DNA of 64,000 nucleotides from a virus (lineage: Duplodnaviria; Heunggongvirae; Uroviricota; Caudoviricetes), in the IMG/VR virus record IMGVR_UViG_3300012165_000089. The stretch is one strand, 5' to 3'. How positions within the stretch are numbered: position 1 is the stretch's first letter; every line of letters begins with the position of its first letter. A program made the translations under genes and the position numbers. The notes below the pieces were generated by a model, which was not told the DNA's origin, did no database searches, and saw only the letters and a program-made list of their open reading frames with translations. Shown here one piece after another: positions 58,301-64,000 of this stretch.

Positions 58301-61300
58301 ATGACGTAATTCGTACCCTGACTGGAAGCAGAAAGAATCCGGTTACAACCTACACCGTAAATGGTGAGGCTCCGGATTCGACAGATGAAACAGTCGCGGA
58401 CCTGTTGGCTACTTTTAATCCAGACTATTTCTCTAGCAATCAGGTTTCTTGGTATTTGTCGAGCGTAAAAGATGGTGCCGTATTCAGTGATGACAAGACC
58501 ATAGCGATTCCGGCTGATATAGGAACACAGGACGATGGTACCTTGAATGTTTCCATAACCGGGAGCGGTAGCAAGGCTTATTACAATGCTGCTGTAACCT
58601 TAAAAGGAATCACAACGAATACATGCGATAACGCAACCATTGCCAATGTTGTTAAAGCGCAGTATACAGCTTACACCAGCCAGATGAGGGTAGTACCCGG
58701 CACGGTATCTACATATGCGAAATACGTAAAAGTAACAGCAGATGACACCAATAACAACAGCGTAACCGACACTTGCAAGGTGACACTGAACTTCAAAACT
58801 GTAGATAATACGGAAATCATGCCAGAGGCAGTAACGATTGACGGCAAGGTAAAACCGGACGGAGCCGTAGTCCAGGGTGCTTCCAATATCAACGGTTACA
58901 ACATTATCTATACATTTGCAAGTGATAAGTCCTCGGAAGTAAAATCCCGCCGGATTACCATGAGTGACGTGGAATACACTACGATTAGTAGTGGCGTTGG
59001 CGAGAAGATTACCGCAAAGGTTACTCCGGCGTTGGATAATGCGCAGGCGCAGTATCAGCCTTACGATCAGACCGTTGTTTGGTCTTTGGCAAATACAACT
59101 GACAATACAAATCTGAACCCATACGACGTACTGAATATAGATGCGGCAACCGGACAGATTACTGTCAGAGGTTACAACGACAGTGCGGATTCCCAGAGCA
59201 ATGGGTATTCTCCATGGATTCAGAGTTTGATTGCCGAAGGACGCTTAAATGGTGTGACCGTACCGATTCGCATCATAGCAAAATCCGCAAGAGATAACAG
59301 TTTGGTAGATTACAAGGATATTAATATCACATTTACGGCCAATACCATGTCTAACAACAAAGAAGATGGCGTAACGTTTGATGTTGTTCTGACAAAGGAA
59401 GCTGCAACCAGTCTTGCCGGTACTGATGTATCCGCAAAGGAAAGTTGGTCCGGTATTGATTCTCAACTTATTTCTGCGACAGCAACCGGTACTTCCGAAT
59501 CACCAACATTCACGGTTTACGATGTGAATGGTAATGTAAATACGGTCGTACTTAGTCTGGCAAATATTGACAACAGCCTCACGGAGAAGAATGTTACCGT
59601 AAAAACGGGTGCGCAGTGGATTCAGGGTGTTATCAATAATCGTTTAAGTGGCAACATGGGAACAGAAAATGTTACGATTAAGGCTAAAACCACAAATGGC
59701 ACTTCTGAAACTGAAATTCCGGTAACTGTAAACTTCCGTTATGACGGAACTGATATGGCAGCGGGAACAATTACCACTTTACCTGCAGGATATGAAGCGT
59801 CTCCAGACGTAATTACAGACACTACTGCAGCAGATACTTATGATACCGCAAAAGCTGCTGTAAAAGATCGTCAGATTACCATGGATGTAGTTGCCACTCA
59901 GGGTAACTACAGCGTAAATAATCCTGGCACCAGAAAATGGTCTTACGGCATTGTAAAACTGAGCAATATCACTTACACAAGTGGCGGTGTAAAAGCTGAC
60001 GATGCTGTATATGAACTGACTGGCGATATTAAGAATTATTGCAAGGTAGATGTAAATGGATACCTCGTACCAATCAAAGGAAACTGGGACGATCTAATCA
60101 GTGCCGGCGAAGTAAATGGTTCTGTAAGCGGTATCGTAACTGCCAAGAAAGACGCAGATGGTAAGACTACAACCGATAGCTACAAAGTAACTGTAAACTT
60201 CCGTTATGATAAAGCGGTTTTGGAGTCACATGAGGAAACCTTTGATGTTGTTTACACGCAGGATTCTCAGACCAACTCCACGAAAGCTCATTGGACTGGT
60301 GATAACTACATCCAGTTGAAAGCCCACATCTCCGATGAAACTGGCAAAGACGTTACTCCTGTTTGGGTGTCCTCTGATGAATCGGTAGTAATGGTAGATG
60401 CCGACGGAAGAGTGTCAGTAAATAAAGATACGTGGATGAAGAAAATCATTGATGCCGCTCAGCATTATGCTACAGATGTTCATAGCGGAGTTAAGGTGGT
60501 GACTGTAACCGCAAAGCATCCATTAACCGGCGCAACAGCAGATACTTGTCAGTTTACAGTGAATTTCCGTTACGATCAGGTTATTGTAGATTCTCATGAC
60601 GAGGTGTATAATCTGGTATTAACTCAGACTTCGAGAACTAATAATCCATCCGTAAAATGGTCCGGAAATGATATCCGCAAACTTTCCTCTAAGGTATTTG
60701 TGGCTCCGGGGTTAAACAACAACCCATTCTGGGCTTCCGAAGATGTTGGCATTGTTACCGTGGATGATGCAGGAAATATTGAACCGGTTGTAGGTGCTGA
60801 TTGGCAGATGCAGATTGCATATGCTCATAGGTTTGAGGGGCAGAAGAAAGTTGCTGTAAACGCGGCTAATAATTCTGGATCTATCAAAGACAGCTGTAAT
60901 GTTACTATTAACTTCCGGTACGAAAACGTCGAAATGGCGGAAACTGCAAAAACCATGGATCTCGTTTTAACTGCAAGTGGCAGCAAATCAAACCCGACCT
61001 ATGAAATCAGCGGAAACACCGCAGCAATTTCAGCAATTTTGAATTCCGCAAGAGCGGGAGAAGTAAAAGTGGTGTATAGTTCTTCTGACAACGCCTTAAT
61101 TACAGTTAATGCCGATGGCAATTTAGCCTTGGTGCTTCCGGAATCAATGACTGGCACTGCATTTTCCAACAACGCTTCAAACTTTATCAAAGAAGCGATG
61201 AAACACGGCTATACCACGTCCAATCCATACATTTCCACAACGACTGCAGTTATCAATGCTGCATCCGAAGATGGACGTATGAATGACCAGTGCAATATAA

Positions 61301-61884
61301 CCATTAACTTGAAATACATTGATAACACCCGCAGTTCCAGCGGTGGCGGTGGTGGTGGTGGCGGTTCAAGCTCCGGCGGTGGAACTTCTGCCAGCGGCGT
61401 AACACCAAGTGGAAGTATTTCTTCCAGCAAGTCCGGCTTGCCATCTTATGTAATTAGCGGTGGTACATGGACCCAGAATGCTTTGGGACAGTGGTTCTAC
61501 AGCAATAACCGGACCTTTACCGATGAATGGGCTGCCGTACAGAACCCATACGCAGACATTTCCAAGGGACAGGAAGCATTCGATTGGTTTCACTTTGGCA
61601 AGGATTCCGTAATGACCGTTGGATGGTTTACCGACGAAGCAGACGATACTTATTACCTGCATCCGGTATCCGATAATACCCTGGGGCGCATGTACACTGG
61701 ATGGCAGTGGATTGATGATAATGGCGATGGTATCGCAGAATGCTATTACTTCGAAACACAATCTAACGGATTCCGCGGTAAGGTTTACAAGTCCACGGCA
61801 ACTCCTGATGGATTCATTGTAAATGAGAAAGGTCAGCAGACTCAAAACGGGATTATTATTACCAAAAACGTAGCAGAATCATAA
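55381..61884 (+). CDS. Giant surface protein (2167 aa) with a signal peptide, a GLUG-motif beta-helix region, about 6 tandem Ig-like (Big_2-like) domains, a poly-Gly linker and C-terminal CWB repeats
   Basis: MKKKNKKALNRGIIAALGVSMVTPMATPAFPVLA. Repeated GGIVGY/GGVVGV/GGIVGG (GLUG). Recurring C.VT(V/I)NFRYD domain boundaries at about 58785, 59727, 60193, 60560, 60907 and 61300. SSSGGGGGGGGSSSGGG. C-terminus WFYSNN...WQWIDDNGDGIAECYYFE...TPDGFIVN. RBS gaaaggag. Confidence 0.7.
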   Translation: MKKKNKKALNRGIIAALGVSMVTPMATPAFPVLATDSVRDSVGTITYATPTDATNDLIEDGDILIDGDVATPSEAKKSQYFAYGTTSFWNWFNQVCLNAFASTDSDDEALELIRLAVTEWHDDFLVDYADEDDVNDVDYPEFDDSLDAESSDFWAWFYKEAVNYDEDGNFLSYNNDVITQWIASTDSEDVFQFLIAFNQVRVDNRLNLMVMSALGNLWPDDYGTKGDLYSNGKGTEEAPYIIDSVEDLRTLAISIANDNENADTFYLIKKGTYDLNGSWIPIGFQKNSGGSAIAFMGHIAAEDGANIKNIGFKANDALGITSAIASSIRSQKAVGFFGELGEGATVTNLYLNTSGNTLEGTDYAGILAGHAVDAIIKECTVTGTVKGIGYVGGIVGFAESSTSQSGDRNMIIEDCSADKAAVYTTTAVQSVNDFCNGHSCVGGIVGYAANTTIMDSYVSTNTGAGNHIYGNGSYVGGVVGVMENSDVFNSYVYDGEIGNSEAYGVGGIVGGYNGGQVKVGRFSGTVVRPTSTNNYSACFIGTRVNGAGFTYGENGSIAYLYADTKTKADTGICGSRVEDDGIYDNSAHIGYWHTSDNYYSLCSGSNVDNSDDYFYAELERGILNVKKVGDNAETINHFTADKQGKPTRGYLFTINNPTVGGTIAASISAYINGSYKPVVTSESLGAFAAGDVVYISFQDLADGTGFFQMVDKSQNPYYNYYESDDFYVYRNDTTTKGITKGAGYYMTMPASDVTIGADYKKVSQAITTTPNKIVFELTQERTGSRENPTIEWYATAYNGNKDVSGSAQVITDADGRKWENIKLATIPAGRSASYFDELFKIGSLSNGTTNDKFNLAWQTSNDGSSSIVSNPVAENGNVTDKKAYITLNVKDSALITKVNELVQAQADGGYKDSITTNQSYWYHSLVTATAQVEDSEDKTNPPKGYTDIDIKLNIKDNTNVSVTGVALSKNTITYDVIRTLTGSRKNPVTTYTVNGEAPDSTDETVADLLATFNPDYFSSNQVSWYLSSVKDGAVFSDDKTIAIPADIGTQDDGTLNVSITGSGSKAYYNAAVTLKGITTNTCDNATIANVVKAQYTAYTSQMRVVPGTVSTYAKYVKVTADDTNNNSVTDTCKVTLNFKTVDNTEIMPEAVTIDGKVKPDGAVVQGASNINGYNIIYTFASDKSSEVKSRRITMSDVEYTTISSGVGEKITAKVTPALDNAQAQYQPYDQTVVWSLANTTDNTNLNPYDVLNIDAATGQITVRGYNDSADSQSNGYSPWIQSLIAEGRLNGVTVPIRIIAKSARDNSLVDYKDINITFTANTMSNNKEDGVTFDVVLTKEAATSLAGTDVSAKESWSGIDSQLISATATGTSESPTFTVYDVNGNVNTVVLSLANIDNSLTEKNVTVKTGAQWIQGVINNRLSGNMGTENVTIKAKTTNGTSETEIPVTVNFRYDGTDMAAGTITTLPAGYEASPDVITDTTAADTYDTAKAAVKDRQITMDVVATQGNYSVNNPGTRKWSYGIVKLSNITYTSGGVKADDAVYELTGDIKNYCKVDVNGYLVPIKGNWDDLISAGEVNGSVSGIVTAKKDADGKTTTDSYKVTVNFRYDKAVLESHEETFDVVYTQDSQTNSTKAHWTGDNYIQLKAHISDETGKDVTPVWVSSDESVVMVDADGRVSVNKDTWMKKIIDAAQHYATDVHSGVKVVTVTAKHPLTGATADTCQFTVNFRYDQVIVDSHDEVYNLVLTQTSRTNNPSVKWSGNDIRKLSSKVFVAPGLNNNPFWASEDVGIVTVDDAGNIEPVVGADWQMQIAYAHRFEGQKKVAVNAANNSGSIKDSCNVTINFRYENVEMAETAKTMDLVLTASGSKSNPTYEISGNTAAISAILNSARAGEVKVVYSSSDNALITVNADGNLALVLPESMTGTAFSNNASNFIKEAMKHGYTTSNPYISTTTAVINAASEDGRMNDQCNITINLKYIDNTRSSSGGGGGGGGSSSGGGTSASGVTPSGSISSSKSGLPSYVISGGTWTQNALGQWFYSNNRTFTDEWAAVQNPYADISKGQEAFDWFHFGKDSVMTVGWFTDEADDTYYLHPVSDNTLGRMYTGWQWIDDNGDGIAECYYFETQSNGFRGKVYKSTATPDGFIVNEKGQQTQNGIIITKNVAES
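58600..61330 (+). repeat. Intragenic tandem Ig-like domain repeats (~350-460 nt units, six copies)
   Basis: Repeated gt(a/g)aa(c/t)ttccg(t/g)ta(t/c)ga nucleotide cores encoding the VNFRYD/INFRYE motifs. Confidence 0.55.
61336..61384 (+). repeat. (GGN)n tract encoding a poly-Gly linker. A second tract lies at 49858-49893.
   Basis: ggtggcggtggtggtggtggcggttcaagctccggcggtgga; simple-sequence slippage candidate. Confidence 0.5.
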
Positions 61885-61894
61885 AGTTTAAGAG

Positions 61895-61928
61895 CCTTCT
61901 TCGGGAATAAAACCGGAGAAGGTTTTTA
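61895..61928 (+). terminator. Rho-independent terminator
   Basis: ccttcttcgggaataaaaccggagaagg hairpin followed by a T5 run. Confidence 0.6.
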
Positions 61929-61996
61929 TATATCGTGGAATCCACACGCATAATTGACAAGAAATACATAGGAATTGAGAAGGGGGAATAGAGACG

Positions 61997-63055
61997 ATGA
62001 ATCCGTATCTGCAGATGTCTAACCTGGCATCCCGACATACAAAAATGACTTATGACAAGATTTCAGAAAAGCATTTCGGTACTTGTCCATTTTGCCACTG
62101 TACCGTAGACGCATTTTCCACGGATAATAAAACTTCCACATTTTTTTGTTATGCATGTGGTAGTCATGGGGATAAAAAAGAATTTTTAGCTAAAATGAAT
62201 ATCCGTAGAAATCGTACGGTAATAAAGGGCAAGGATGCCCTGCTATTGCAGATTTATGAAGATGCTGCCTGTTTTTACTATGAGGAGTTGGTTAACGAGC
62301 AAAATCCCGGCATTTCCTATCTGAAAAGTAGAGGATTCCGTATGGAAGAAATTCAAGAATATGGACTTGGCTTTGCTCCCGATTCATTTAATGCCTTATA
62401 CAAATATCTGATTAAGCAATATACGAATGCCGACTTAATGCGTTCGGGATTGTTCAGCATTAGTAAAAAGGGGTATCCGTATGATTTTTTCAGGAATAGG
62501 GTTGTTTTTCCCATTATGGATGAAAACGGTGATGTAATTGCCTTTGGTGGAAGAGTGATGGACGATTCCAAACCGAAGTACATTAATTCGCCGGAGACGG
62601 AAATTTTCAGTAAGCGTAATAACCTCTATGGTTTTCCATACGATTCGGAGTTTGGAACGTCAAGCATTATCATCTGCGAGGGTTATATGGATTATATTGC
62701 GATTCATAACGCCGGCTTTGCAAATTGTGCAGCTACACTGGGAACAGCCATGACTTTGGAACATGCAAAATTAATCAAGGAGCAGTATGACGAGGTGTAT
62801 CTGGCAATGGATAGCGACGGTCCTGGTATTTATGCGATGAAGAAATCGATTGCTATTCTTAAAACTGAAGGAATTAAATCCTATGTGTTGAATTTCAAGC
62901 CCGCAAAGGATCCTGATGAAATGCTTCGCTCTAAAGCGATGGGACTTGATGCGTTTCGAGCCACTATCGCAAATGCTTTACCGGCTTCGCATTTCCTGGC
63001 AAGAAATACTGAGAACATAAGTGAAATCGTTGATATTTTGATGCAGCAGGTTTAA
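61997..63055 (+). CDS. DnaG-like DNA primase (CHC2 zinc finger plus TOPRIM), 352 aa
   Basis: CPFCHCTVDAF...CYACGSHGD (CHC2). NRVVFPIMDENGDVIAFGGR. TOPRIM IICEGYMDYIAIHNAGF...VYLAMDSDGPG. RBS gaagggggaa. Confidence 0.7.
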   Translation: MNPYLQMSNLASRHTKMTYDKISEKHFGTCPFCHCTVDAFSTDNKTSTFFCYACGSHGDKKEFLAKMNIRRNRTVIKGKDALLLQIYEDAACFYYEELVNEQNPGISYLKSRGFRMEEIQEYGLGFAPDSFNALYKYLIKQYTNADLMRSGLFSISKKGYPYDFFRNRVVFPIMDENGDVIAFGGRVMDDSKPKYINSPETEIFSKRNNLYGFPYDSEFGTSSIIICEGYMDYIAIHNAGFANCAATLGTAMTLEHAKLIKEQYDEVYLAMDSDGPGIYAMKKSIAILKTEGIKSYVLNFKPAKDPDEMLRSKAMGLDAFRATIANALPASHFLARNTENISEIVDILMQQV

Positions 63056-63157
63056 ATGCCTGCTGTTTTTGTCCGATAATTCACCTATTTAACACATAAT
63101 TGTAAGGAAATATAAAAGGAAGGAGGTACCTTGATAAGTTCCTGATAGGAAAAAGAA

Positions 63158-63412
63158 ATGGAAAATGTAAAACGGATTACGCCAGAAAAATTCGATGCCA
63201 TGTTAGAGCGAATTATGAGCAATGGGAAACCTATTGCAAATTGGTATCCAACGATGGATGATGTAGCGGAGATATCTCGGAATCCAGTAAAGTATTACGA
63301 ATTTCTCTTGTGGATTTTAGAATCAAATCCGGATCAAGAATTAACAGAAGATCAAATAGAAGTAGAAAAGCAATTACAGAAGATATTCAAACAGTGTACT
63401 CAGTTTGGGTAA
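63158..63412 (+). CDS. Hypothetical small protein
   Basis: ORF in the + gene train; weak RBS. Confidence 0.4.
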   Translation: MENVKRITPEKFDAMLERIMSNGKPIANWYPTMDDVAEISRNPVKYYEFLLWILESNPDQELTEDQIEVEKQLQKIFKQCTQFG

Positions 63413-63519
63413 ATACATAGGATTAAAAAGTGCGTTATTGCGGCAATTCATTTCCATAATTAAAACGTAAGTTCATTCGGCGTTTGTGAATGAAGAAAAT
63501 ATTTAAGGAGGGAATGGGA

Positions 63520-63906
63520 ATGTATTGCGAAACATTAGAAGGTAAGAAAATCGAAAAACATATTGCGAAAGCAAAAAGGATTTGTGGAAAAATTTCCACC
63601 TGCGCCAGTGTAGCTGTGGCTTACGTTTACTGTGGCATGAATGCACTTGCTGTAAATATCAAACATGATTACCAAGTTAGCACAACGATTGGAGATGTAA
63701 ATCCGGAAGGCCTAATCATTGGTCTTGCTGTGTGGATTGCACGTTTAATTGGCATAGGTATGTTGATCTGGGGTATTTACGGTTATGTAACAGCACGTAA
63801 AGACGGCGAAGCTGAATCTATGAATGGTGCTCTTGGTAAATTGATCTCTGGCTTAGTCCTGGTTTGTATGCCTAGCGTATTAAAAGGCCTTGGCATTATT
63901 GCTTAA
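63520..63906 (+). CDS. Small membrane protein, possibly a VirB2/TrbC-like (Maff2-like) conjugation component
   Basis: RBS aaggaggg 7 nt before the ATG at 63520; the ORF is also open from 63490. Hydrophobic stretches CASVAVAYVYCGMNALAV, LIIGLAVWIARLIGIGMLIWGIYGYV, LISGLVLVCMPSVLKGLGIIA. The assignment is speculative. Confidence 0.3.
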   Translation: MYCETLEGKKIEKHIAKAKRICGKISTCASVAVAYVYCGMNALAVNIKHDYQVSTTIGDVNPEGLIIGLAVWIARLIGIGMLIWGIYGYVTARKDGEAESMNGALGKLISGLVLVCMPSVLKGLGIIA

Positions 63907-63974
63907 ATATGTCTTACAGAAAAGCCGGTGTCCGGTCGTCATCGACACCGGTTTTTCATATTGAGGAGGGATGA

Positions 63975-64000
63975 ATGTTGAATAAGATAAAAAAGAAGTT
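63975..64000 (+). CDS. Start of a further gene (MLNKIKKK...) running off the right edge
   Basis: RBS gaggaggg followed by an ATG at 63975. Only 8 codons are visible. Confidence 0.3.

Noticed and set aside
49900-61330. CRISPR array
   Set aside because: The only regularly spaced repeats are in-frame protein domain repeats within coding sequence. There are no short direct repeats with unique spacers and no cas genes.

Overview
This window is AT-rich, low-GC Firmicutes (Clostridia-like) DNA, and almost every gene runs on the + strand. Functional calls are by-eye motif recognition against families recalled from memory, not database searches. It reads as one large mosaic mobile element, either a conjugative element (ICE or plasmid) or a phage hybrid.

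From left to right the window contains:
- 1-830: a 3' remnant of a TnpB-like (IS200/IS605 OrfB family) gene with a degenerate zinc finger and an A7 frameshift, followed by a GC-rich structured tail.
- 858-3757: small phage-like early genes, including YopX.
- 4209-5075: a tyrosine recombinase, followed by a cell-wall-binding (CWB) repeat protein at 5990-6799.
- 6924-14924: a 2666-aa secreted adhesin-like giant with Cna-B/SpaA-type domains.
- 15125-20237: a triple zinc-ribbon protein, then an NfeD-like + FloT-like flotillin pair, a beta-helix protein, a tandem paralog pair and a radical-SAM remnant.
- 20684-21252: a MazF/PemK-like toxin-antitoxin pair.
- 21451-22761: an LCP-family protein.
- 23680-26507: a short serine recombinase and a gamma-class N6-adenine methyltransferase.
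- 26780-30297: a translationally coupled four-gene operon of unknown function.
- 31440-31725: a structured ncRNA candidate.
- 31886-37561: a phage-like DNA module with a RecD2-like helicase, a degenerate ParA-like protein, RusA and a cold-shock protein.
- 39873-46796: signal peptidase I, two tandem type IV coupling proteins and a second RecD2-like helicase.
- 46894-49003: an L,D-transpeptidase coupled to a class B sortase.
- 49367-61884: two more giant CWB-anchored surface proteins (MucBP-like and GLUG/Ig-like repeats) flanking a zinc-ribbon-Dam methyltransferase fusion.
- 61997-63906: a DnaG-like primase and small membrane proteins.

Two short motifs recur in intergenic regions. CCATAATT sits 22-65 nt upstream of about 20 start codons and behaves like a promoter -10 element. 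A DnaA-box-like TCAATATCCGCA has about 10 strong copies, four of them clustered at 38127-38262. No relaxase, VirB4-type ATPase, rRNA, tRNA or CRISPR array is visible.
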